From an uncultured Planctomycetia bacterium (GTDB lineage: Bacteria > Omnitrophota > Gorgyraeia > Tantalellales > Tantalellaceae), in contig CAYPCX010000008.1 of assembly GCA_964409365.1 (NCBI GenBank), forward strand, positions 265-64,264: 64,000 bases of DNA. Direction: 5' to 3'. The notes beneath the pieces are model-generated. The model was not told the DNA's origin and made no database searches. It saw only the letters and a program-made list of their open reading frames with translations. The position numbers and the translations under genes are program-made. Position 1 is the stretch's first letter. Each line of letters begins with the position of its first letter. This document shows positions 42,001-54,000 of this stretch, piece by piece.

Positions 42001-45000
42001 TCCGTTCTCCTTTTGTCCTCTCCGGTAACGGCTTCTTTCGCGAAAGCTACGTCCAGTCTTTCGTTCAATCCCGGTATTTCTCCGGCACTTCCGGTAAACT
42101 CCAGGACCGCCACCTGCGGCAATGCGCTGCTCACCAATTCCCTCTCCTGTGGCCTGTCATCAACAAAAACAAAGGCGTTCAATCCGATATCTAATGCCTG
42201 GGCTATTTCCTGTAAATTCGTCGCCTTGTCCTGCCAGTTAGCCTTGATCACGGCGAAGTCATCTTTTTCCAATACCATGCCGGGAAGACTTTCCAGAGCT
42301 TTCTCAACGTCTTTGAGTTCGTTCTTGCTGCTTATCGCCAGGATCACACCCCTCTCCTTCAGTTCCTTCACTTTTCTCTGAAGGTCCGCGTGCGGGGCGG
42401 TCACTTCGATACCGGTGAGACCGTCCTCACCCACGACCCCTTTCCAGAGCACCCCGTCGCAGTCCAGAACAAGGCATTTCTTGAGCGCGTTCGCGTCGTA
42501 TGCCCTGATCACATGGAGAATATCGCCTCTTATTGCCCCGATACGCGGCAGGTCCAGGCGGGTAGCTTTCCCGTCTTCAAAGAGCTTCTTCAGTTCTGCG
42601 AAAGCCGAGAGAACATTCGATGTTTTTCCGCACTCCATATTGTCGTCGTCGCGCCATGACCAATTAGCCCTGCCGGCGATAGCCGACAAATGGACCAGAT
42701 CATCGCGGACGATCATCCCGGCCGCGAACATCTCCTGCATTATTTCGAACGTGCCGTTAACCTCCCCCCACTCATAATCATATCCGTAACCGCCATGGCT
42801 CCACTGTAATGCCGCATCTCCTATACGGATCAACCCGGGCACATCAGCCGCCTCTACATGACCCTCGCGTAACAACTCTCCGGTTATGACGGAAGCTTCC
42901 CGTGTCAACTTCTCTTTCACTTTTTGCAGCGCGTTCTCTGCCTCTTGCCGTTTGTCGGCCTCTTCGGCTCTGGCGGCTTCTCCAAGAAATTCGTCAAAAG
43001 TGCCGATCTGTCGCACTAACACCTCAGGAGCTGTACAGCTTATGTCGATATAGTAAATATCGAAATAGCGCGCGCAGGTATTTATTTTATAAGCCGCCTG
43101 CTCTTCTAAAGCGGCATCCGGGTGTTCCTCTTCCCACGCAGAGATCTTCGCGTGCGCTTCGTCTACATCGCTGCCTTCTTTTAGCCTGTACAAAAGGCCG
43201 CGCCCTTTCTCGTTGAGGATAATATCCGAGGCGACATATCCCGATGCTTTCGACCGCTTCATGACCAGGATATCCCTGGAACTGATACGTAATCCCATCA
43301 AGCCGCCGGGATGGGCGTGGAATGACGTAGCCATTTTCCCCCGCATTTCCGGATGATCCAAAAATTCCGACAGACAGCCTAATCTGTGCAAATTCCCTTC
43401 GTCGTCAAAAATGACGGATCTTGTGCTGCCGCGGGATACTCTCCATCCTTCATCCTCGTCCATATGTATGTATCCCGATGCTTCGAGTTGGCATATATCC
43501 GTTTCACTGCTTTCCGCCTGCGGCGACAGTTCTGTCAACGACAGGCCCGTCCGCTCTTTAGTGAAGAATTCTTTCAAGGTTAACTTTTCTATGCCACACC
43601 TTACGGTGGTATCTTCCAGCCTATACGCACCACCGGCGCCGGGTTTCTCTTCCGAGCGGACTCTGTGTTGCCTTCCCTTGAACTTTAAATATGGGCTTCC
43701 TTCCTCAGGATACTTCAACACCCCTACCGGCGCGTTCTTCTCTGAACCGACAAAGAATTCTATAATGTCACCGGGATTCAGGTAAGCACCCGTAGCAAGC
43801 GTCTCTAACAACGGATCTCTTATCTCTTCCAGCATCCCTTTCAAATTTTTCATATATAAAGCTGAAGATATCCCGCCCGAGAAAACCGTTTCATCTTCGA
43901 TCCCGCCCCCGTCCAGCCGCTTGTTGTCTTTCTGTTCGAGATCCTCCACACCCGTTCTATTTCCGGCTTTATCTATGCGCCATACCCCTTCGGGCCTGAT
44001 CTCGTAAAGGTGGCCGTACTTGAAGACCTGCTCTTTGTCATCCCATACATAAGGCGGAACTACCGAGTAGATCCTTTCTCCCTTGTCTCTCTCTTTCTGT
44101 AGTTCACGTGTGAATGTTTCGCGAATGCGGTTTATATCTTTACCCTGGCCATGATAATCAGGCATTAAAATATCTACATCCGTCTCTTTGGCCTCCGATG
44201 CTCCCTCCATGATATATGGGGCGCGATATTGCCGTTCCCTCCCGATCACCGACGAACCGATCAGATAGACCGGCGGGACCCTTGAAGGCGGGATCCCCTC
44301 TTTCTTTACGTTTTCGGCGGTAGTTACCATCATCCCGTGCAGGGTAAGCAATAAAGACCTGTTCGCCTCTTTCGGCTTTGATACATCCCGAGACGGTTTC
44401 AGTGCTGACAATACGTCCCGGAATAATTCGACCAGTAATGACAATATACCGAGGAACGATGATTCCGGAACTTGCGCATTGTGGGTCAACGCCCCTTCCG
44501 CTAAGACGTCCTGTCTTTCTTCTCCGATATCGCCTGCCTTATCCTTTATGAAGTTAATGAACGGCCACGGATCATTCCTTTTAAAACTGAGAGCACTGTA
44601 TTTGCCGTACCATTCGTCCTTGTAACCGACCTCCGGCAGGCCTTCACGGGCGCGGATCCTGTTCATGATCTCCCAACCCGTCCTGTGGTTGGCATCCTCG
44701 AACGGATGCAAAGTAAAAAAGGCCAGGTGAGCCGCCGCCGCGAAGTTGGCCGGCTCTTCCAGTTGGACCCCTCTTTGATTGAAAAGTTCTACCATGCCGG
44801 CAAAGAAGCCGAATTGACGCGCCTTCGCGCGTTGTTCCGGAGCGCTGTTGATCCAGTCGACAAACTCCCGTCTCAAAATAGCCATTATTTCCACACCTTC
44901 GATAAGCATCCACCTTATACTATCCCCCGCGAAAAACGGGAATATTGTCCAGGTCCGGTACATCGCAACGGGCCTGTCCCTCAAGCCGGGAAGCCCCTCA

Positions 45001-48000
45001 TTTATCGCCTTTATGCTGCCTTCGGTAAACCTGGCCGGTCCCGCAGCCGCGCTATCCGCGTGCCGGACAGCAGCAGGTTCCGAGACTTCAAGGCCGTATT
45101 TATCTATAAGTTCCCGAACAAGTTTCTCCTGGTTTCTGGTAAGTTTTTCCGCATCAACCGCAGTATACTTATCCTTCACCAGCATCCCTGCTTCCGCCAA
45201 AGTGTGTTTCGCTCTTTCCCGGGGCATATACAAAGACATTTCCCTGCCCCCTTCGGTCAACTTTCTCATGCAAAAAGCAAGCAACTGGTGCCCCAGACCG
45301 ATGAACTCTCTTTCCCCTTCAAACTCATTCCTGTTCCATGGAGCTAGCTCTCTTCTTTTTAATTCATGCTTTTCGGCATCGTAAAAAGCAATGGCCTGGA
45401 TCTGGCCGTCATCCGACACGACATAATAACAGCTAAGATCGTTGCCACTTCGCAGGTTTGTATTGATGTTTACTATTCTCTGATACTCAGGATACCCGCG
45501 TTTCCTAAAACTTCTATCCACAGCTTCAACAAAATCAGGGTCATTAATATTTTCGGCATGAAAAACACGAAGGGCCTTTATCTTCTTTACCCTGTTGTCC
45601 AACACAAATAACTTGTCTTCCTCTGCCGCGTGCCGGGCCTGGGCCTGTTTCATCGCCTTCTCCGCAATATCTCTCGCGGTGGCTTCATCGCTGAGCTTTT
45701 TCGCTCTGTCCATCTCTTCTTTAGCGAGGTACATCGTCCCGCGGCCGGATGCCTTTTTCGGCTTCTTCCTACCGTCACTTGAGGACGTTCCCTTTCGGGA
45801 CACTACAAAAGAAAGTTCTTCCGGCTTAATAGAGCGTTTCTTCACCACACAGATGCTATAACCAAGTGGTCGAGGAACAGAGGAAACCAGATCGAACCCG
45901 CAGGTACGCAACATCCCGCTAAAACCTGTCCTATCCCATTCAATGCCCTGTCGCAGGCTATTCAGGGTACGCTGATTATTGAGGGTAAATGCCAATTTTA
46001 CACCGCATGGCATCACACCGCTTATGAGCATATGAAGGCGCTGGTAAAGTAGTTCCGAAGAGAACGGTTTGGTATTCTCAAAACAACCCCTCAAATAAGC
46101 CTCCCTATCTTCTTGTCTAACAAGCTTTTGGGACTCATCGCTTATAACGCGTAGTTGCTCTTCTATTAAAAGAGAATCCATATTGCGTATAGCCAGGTCG
46201 AACGTACCGTGGTAACTATCTATTAATTGAGAATAGTTGTGTGGTCCGGACTCACCCCTAACGAGTTCTCTTCTCAGTTTGGCATAATTGTTGATCGCGC
46301 CACAATCTACCGTAAATTCGGTTCCGGAATAATCAGATGAGATATTGCATTTATCCAAAATACCCGCCAATTTCCGGAAACCGTCCTTATCCTGATACCA
46401 TATCAGGAAGTCCAACCCGTTTTCTCCGGACCTTACCTCTATCGCATAGATCTCTCCGCTCAGGCCCATGATCTCCAGACCGTTCAGTTTCAGTAGGTCT
46501 TCATCCTTGAAGTCTAATGGATCCCTTTCCTGCAACCGAACGGTCTCTTGAAGGAACCGATCCGTCCCGGCGGAATCGTGTTCGCCTTTGATCGCTTCGA
46601 TCACCGGCGTCATGACCTTTATATAATTCGCGGTAAGGCTCGCGCTTACGGCTATCGAATCACTCAGCGCTCTTTCTTCCCCCTCTGAGATCTGCAGGTC
46701 CTTAAGATCTATGGAATTTATTTTTTCCATTAGAGCTTCAAGTGAAACGGCAAAATCGTACGCATTAAGAATATCCTTTTTGTAATCATCCAATGTAGGC
46801 GTTTCATCGACCTCATCCCGGAACATCAGGATGCTCTGCCAATATTTATATAAGGAGCCTTCGGCGGGATACTGCTCCCTTCTCAATGCGTCAAACTCGT
46901 CGACATATCCGGAAAATGATCTTACCGTTTCATTGTCTGCCGGCTCCTGAAGAAGGTTGAACTGTTTGGTGAACCAGTCTATGCCTGTCGTCCGGAACCT
47001 GAAACCGTCCGCGGACAGCCTTGCCATCGTATTCGCATCACCGATAGCAGCAAGCGCATTGTCACGGTAAGGGGAAGGGCCGTCCGCGCCGCGATCCAAG
47101 AAATACCAGCCTGATTCACATAACACCCTTCCTTCCTCGACCAGGCTATCAAGAAAGTTTTGTGCATCTTCTTCCGCTATACCCGCTCTTTCGCCGACCA
47201 CTACAAAATCTAAAACGGCAGGGGCAAGATCCAGGGTTTCGAGTATTTTCTGTTTATTCTCCTCTTCCCCTTCGCCTCCCTTCCTAATAAACGCCGTTCC
47301 TATTGCCATTCCTATTATTATGCCGAGCATTAGCAATAACCCGATCCCACTACTGAATCCAGCTGTCTTAATAATGCCGGGTGTTGCTGCTGGAAGCTGG
47401 GGACCGACCAAGGCAGATACACCAAAACCAGCGGCGATGCCGACACCCACGGCAACCAATATCCCGAGGACATCTTTGCCTTTCCCTCCGCGCTTTGGAT
47501 CGGTCTCTTTTTCACCCCTTGTTTCCGTGGCTTCTTTTTTCCGCTTTTGCATCGCCTCATTCAGCGCCTTCTCGTAAAGATCCGGCAAATATTTCTCCAT
47601 GTACTGTTTAGCCAAATCGCGTTGTTTTTTCTTCTCATCATCCTTTTTTTCTTCCTGATCTTTCCTGCGTGCTGCTTCCTGCTGCTTTTGCTTCACATCA
47701 GCCAATGCTCTCTTGTAAACACTCGAACCCGGATACGCTTCCTTTAAATATCGTTCGGCTACTTCGTGCCGTTTTCTATCATCCGTCCCTTTTTTCCGTG
47801 CCGCCATACCGAATACAACAAACAGAGCCGTCGCAACAACGGGCCATTGAGAGCTAAGCCAGGCGGAAAGCCGGGCGGAACCGCCGGATAGGCCGAGTAC
47901 CCCAAAAACAGCCTTTAAGACGGCTTTCACCATATCGCCAAGGGGGCCTGACACAAGCATTATGATAAAACCGGTTACGAGCACCGCTACGACAATATAG

Positions 48001-51000
48001 CCGAATTCCCTGCGGCCGAATTCACGTTTGAACGGCCCGGGTGTGATACTGTAAGACCTCGCAATGCGGCTCTCGGTTCCGGATGGGACGTCCTGCCTTT
48101 CACCGCTTCTTATGTCATCGGGCTGTAGTAGTGCGGGAGCTGGCGTCTTTGCCTTCTGCGGCGCGGGCGCCGGCGGACGGGCCAGGGCCGTCCGGCAAAA
48201 AGCCCCTATAGCCCTTTCGCCCAACTGCTTTAATCCGATACGTGTTTCGGCGATATGCATCCCGACCACGTTGCCCCGCGATATCCTCCTGGCGTTCTCC
48301 TGCAGTTCATCCTCCGACAACATGACATCCGTATCGAACGATACGAACACATTCTCGCCTTCGAGATCATCATCCATGACGTGCCGGGACATCCTTGTTT
48401 TCGACTTGAGCGCCATGAAAAGAGCAATGTTATTCCGGACCAGCTCTTCCCTGATATTTTCAAAAGTGGAAAATTTCTCGCCTTCTCTGGTCCTGTCTGA
48501 AAGATATTCGATCGCGCGGGCTATGCCTTTCTCCTGGTTTTCACCAAGCCCGCCCAGAAGGCCCAGGAACTCTTCCATGTCGAATCCTTCTATCCATTCA
48601 TCGATGAACCTGAAAAAGCCATCAAGGGGTTCCATCTGCGGAGAACCCGTTATGGACAACTCCCGGCCGGTCAAAATGCCCTTTGCAATTCCAAAAGGCC
48701 AGAATCCCGCGTCATCGAACCCGATTGAATGTGATTCCCCAGAACCTGATGAAGACTCCCTGGAACCAAAGTCTAAATGGTGATCCAGCGAAACGGCCCT
48801 GAGGGCGCCGCCTGCATATGCTTCCTTGAGGGCCTGGTAGAATGGAAGCGAAAACCGGTGCTGTTCCTCCAATAATACGGGAACGGCCCCTTCGCTGAGG
48901 GCCGTGTTAACGGCATGCCTGAAATAATCAAGCGCCGTTTCGTAACTCTGCGCCATCGCCCCCCTGTCGGGGGTGACTATTGAATGAATAACGGCGCCTT
49001 CCCCCAGAACCTGTCTTATCCTGTTCGACGGCATATTCCTGACAGAAAAGTTCATTACATAAAGCCGCGGGCGTTGGGCCCGGAATTTCGCCCGGTTCAG
49101 CTGTTCTTCGTCTTTCTCCGGGTCGGGGCTCACGGAGAGATCCCCGCCCCAACCGTATCCACGGGCTTCCCGTATCTTTGCTATGGTCTCCCTGGCCTTT
49201 TTCCGCGCCTCTTCCGGGGTCATTTTCGGTCCCGGTCTTTCGAATTCATCCAGGGACTTCCTGTATGATCCATCGAACCTCTCTTCTATTTCCTCCCTGG
49301 AGAATGATAAAATATCCTTAAGCGCTTTTACGTTCCCGTATCCTTTGCCGATGATCTCCTCTATATCCGTTCTTCCCGTATCGACAGGCCTGCCTACCTT
49401 TTCAAAAACTTCGAAATCCCCGACCAGTTTCAGTCTGATCCCGACCTCGGTCTTTATGAGGCGTATATTCGCTATGTGATGGTCGTAATGCATCCTTTTG
49501 TCACGGTCAAAATACTTGCACCTGTGGCCTACGTATCCGAGGTGGTGGATCGCCGCCGTGATCTCCGCGCTTTGATCTACGATCATCCCGTCCAGTTCCC
49601 CGCGGGTTATTCCCAGCTCTTTGACCAGGCCGTCAAGTATTGACGGCGAACAGAACTCGAGCCTTTTTCCGTCCTCATATTCAAAAGCCATGACGCACAA
49701 GGGGCTTTCGCGGTCAAAGACCTCTTTTTTGCCGTAAAGATCGTAAATACCGGCGGGGAACTTTTTGTCGAAAAGCGGCCTCATGCAATATTCCCTGTCC
49801 GGGAAAGCGCTTAATATGTCCGAAGCGATCGCGCGCCGCTTCTTTGTGAGCACTTTTTTCTTGTCCTCTTCTTTGCCGGGGATAACGACCTCGAATCGAA
49901 AGGCGATATTCCCTTTATCGTCTTTCCCGAAAATGACATGCCTGCGGAAAGACTCCGTTATCGGGCACATGAAAAGGTTGGAGCCTATTTTGACCGTCAG
50001 GCCCTCTTCCAGGGCATATTCAAGAGGCGCTCTCGGGTCTTTACTTGTCAATTCGAACGGAAATCTCTCCCTCAATGACGTTGCCAGCTTGAAGAATTTT
50101 CTCGCGTTAGTTTCATTCTCAAAAACGGCATCCCATGCCTGGGCAGGGGTGTTTATTTTCTTTGAGATATAAAGTTCTGAAGGGGCTTTTTTCCGTCCTT
50201 TGAAGAGAGCTGCGTGCGCTGCCAGCAAAGAAAGGAAAAGCAATGCGGAAACCGGACCAAAGCTGCCTTTCACCACCGGCGGGGCGAACGCGGGGTGGCT
50301 GAGCCAGCCGGAGACCTGGGCAAGCAATCCGGGAGCTACAACCGCCGCCAAGCAGATAGCGATACCCGCCAATACCACCAAAGCAACCCCGCCCACAAGA
50401 GTATTTCCCTGGTCTTTTGGTTTATTCTTTTTCTCTAATTTTTCTATTTTACGCAAGCAGGCCAGGGCGAATACGCGCACCGCTTCTACTTTCTCCTCTT
50501 CCGTTCCGGCTTCTTCGATCCGCGCGATCTCTTGCCCCAGTAAAGGCTTCACTACTAAGTCATCTATCTTTACGATTTCCCTAAGCGCCCTTGCGGCTGC
50601 CCTGTGTATATGAACGTTTTCATATGGTTCGATCGTTGGATCATCCGTGGTCAAAACATAAGACAGGATCTTCAACAAAAGACAACAGCTTTTCGATACT
50701 TTCCGTCGCTCTTCTTCGGGTTTAAGAGGATCTGACGCATCAAGCATGCGCTTTTCAAGCCTTATTAAAATATCATTTAACATCAAAACACGCGTACTGG
50801 CGTCTAACTTGAAGAATTGCACGAGGTGTTTATCGGCAACCAGGTCACCGGAATCTATCTCAGGCGTCTCGGGCTGTCCGGATCCCCCGACAGCCAGACC
50901 TAATAACGCGAACGACAGTATCCCAGCGAAACCACCAAAGCCCTTCAGGACCGGCGGGGCGAACGCGGGGTGGGCGGCGAGACCGGAAAGCTGGGGAAGC

Positions 51001-54000
51001 AGTCCGGCCACGGCAATAATAAGAACCCCTAAAATGACCACTGAAACAAGAACCGGTGTGAGCGCCGCCCCTTGCGCCCTGTTGTAGGAAACGGGCTGGA
51101 CCTCGACCAGTTCTTTATCTCTTTTCCCTTTCTGGTAGGTCACACCGATATGCCTTTGAGCTTCCCCGACCACATCATATCCGGGCTGGAACGCCCTCAG
51201 ATGCGGGCTTACCTTAAGAGCATCAAATACACTCAGGATCTCATCAGTGGTGGCGTTTAACATGGACGCAAGTACCCGGACGAGCGACTTGCGGTAATCT
51301 AACCCATTATCACGGATGGCACCCACAACCCTTCTTGCCAACTCTTGTCTGGGCGGAGGAAATTCTGCTAACGCGTTCTCGATAGCCCCTTCAACAGCTT
51401 CTTTGAACTCATTTTCCATAGCCGCTATCGGCGGTGATTCCGGCCTTTTGCTTGAAACCACCATACTGTATATTCCCCTCTCAGCTTCAATTTTGTGCGG
51501 GTAAACAGGAATGATCCCCGGCCACAACCGGACTACTTGGGCAGCCTTTTCCATTATGTTCAAGGGAACCTGGTAATCGCCTTTTTCCCAGTGGGACAGC
51601 GCGTTCTGTGAAACATGCTCACCATCTTCACTTAATCTTTCCGCAAATTCCGCATGGCTTAATTCCAGGCTCTTACGGAGCATCTTCAACCTCTCCCCCG
51701 CTTTGTCACGATACAGGCCTGCCACCATTTGCATGACACGCGGAGAAATCGAACGTATGCCGCGTTCCCAGCTGCATATTGTGATCTTCGGTATGATCTT
51801 TTCCGGATCCAGCTGTTCACCGAATTCCGCCAGATACAAGCCCAGCGCCATCCTGAACGCCCTCATCATTTTTCGTGACTGGTCCCGGTAGGTCATCTCT
51901 GTTTTATCCATGATCTCTAATGGGATCATATTCTTGCCGGTCTCCCAGCTGCTGACCGTTGTCGCAGGCACGGGGCTTTTTTCATTCAACAATTTCCCGA
52001 ACTCGTCCTGACTTAAGCCGAGCGCTTCGCGTAACACCCGCATCCTTTGCCCCGCTTCTACCCGGTAAACTTTTTCCGCGCTTTCCATGACCTCGAAAGG
52101 AATCTCAGTCATACCCTGTTCCATCCCCCCGACTTTGGGCACATCCATATAGCCTTCCTTGCTCAGCCGTTCTTCAAACTCTTCCTGAGATAACTTCAAC
52201 TTTTTACGGATCGTTTTCAATCTTTTCCCCGCCCGGCCACGGTAAAGCTTTTCCGCTTTCTCCATCATATCGAAAGGAACCGGGCTCTCACCCTTCTCCA
52301 GAGCCTTGATCTTTCTGTGATGCACCGGATACTTTTCATTCAGCAGCATCCAGAATTCTTCCTGAGTCATCCCTAACCCCACACGGAACCCTTTTAACCT
52401 TTTTCTCCCGCGTTCAAGATAGAATCTCTCCGCATCCTTCATGCGCTTGGAAGGAACGGTATATTCCCCGCGTTCCCATATGCCGAGGGTCCTCGGATGT
52501 ATGGGGTTTTTCTTGTCCAGTTCTTCTCCAAATTCTTCCCTGGTCAACCCAAGTTTTTCACGGAATTCCCTTAATCTTTTTCCCGCAAGGCCTGGGTAGA
52601 TCCTTTCCACGTTTTCCATCACTTCGAGCGGAACCGGGCAATTACCCTGCTCCCATAGCGACACCATGTCCAGAGATACATCTCTTTTGTCATCTAACAG
52701 TTTGCCTAATTCCCCCTGGCTCAACCCCAACATCAGCCGGATATCCCTTAATCTATTTCCTGCATGACCGCGATAGACTTTTTCCGCTTCCGTCATTATG
52801 TGTAAAGGAACACGGTTTTTGCCGTTTATCCACTGGCTGAATGTGCCGCCATAAACAGGATCTTTATCGCCCAATAACTTTGCAAATTGACCCTGATTTA
52901 AACCCGACCTTACCTGCAATATCTTTAGCCTTTTTCCCGCGCGATCGCGGTAAAACTTCTCTACCGCTTTCATGACAGCGAAAGGAATACTTCTTACACC
53001 GCTTTCCCATTTGATAACGGCGCCTACACGTACTGGCTTTCCGATATCCAGCTGCTTTGCAAATTCTTTCTGAGTCAAACCCAGGCTTTCCCGGAACGAG
53101 CTCAGCCTTTTCCCTGCCCGACCGCGGTAGAGCTTTTTCGCATCGTCCATCACGTCAAAGGGGATCTCGCTTTCACCGTTTTCCCAATCTCCTATCTTCC
53201 CCGGACCTATGGGATCTTTTTCGTCCAGCTGTTCCCCGAATTCTCTCCGGGTCAAACCCAGGCTTTCCCGGAACGTCCTCAGCCTTTTCCCGGCCCGATC
53301 ATGGTAGAGCTTTTGCGCGACTTCCATAATATGTAGAGGGACCGGATGCGTACCGTTCATCCATTTATAGAACGTACTCGGGTGTACAGGATCATTCTTG
53401 CGCAGCAGTTCCCGGAATTCTTCCACGGCTAAATCCAGTCTTTTCCGGATCGCCTGCAGTCTTTTGCCGGCAGTTTTCCCGGGAGATTCCTCTACTTCGC
53501 GCTGTGCCTGGAACATCACCCGGTCCAACAGTTCTTGGTCTTTCTTTGGGTCGGGACTTGCAACGAAATCCCCGCCCCGGCCAAATTCACGGGCTTCTTG
53601 TATTTTTGACCTGGTTTCTCTGGCTTTCTTTTGAGATTCATCCGAAGTCGTTCCCGTTTCTGGTGTAAGCGTGGCCCCTTGTGTCTTGCTCCTACCCCGA
53701 CTGACTGGCCTCTCAAAACGAAATATCGGTGTATCTTTCGGCCTCCTGGCGACAACATGGAGCCATCCGGCTTCCAGCGACTTCGTTCCATTTTTCTTCT
53801 CTTCTTTGATCTTTTCATCCAGAGACGAAAGCAGTATCTTCTGCAGGAACTTTTGCTGCTTCTTATCATCCAGTTTGCCCCAGATAAAAACGGTCACGTA
53901 GGGGTCGGAATAGAAATCTCTCATATCATCAAGGGGTATGCGAACCTTTTTCTTTTCAACCTCAATATCGGTAAAACCCGCCTGCCGGAGGGCTTCTCTA

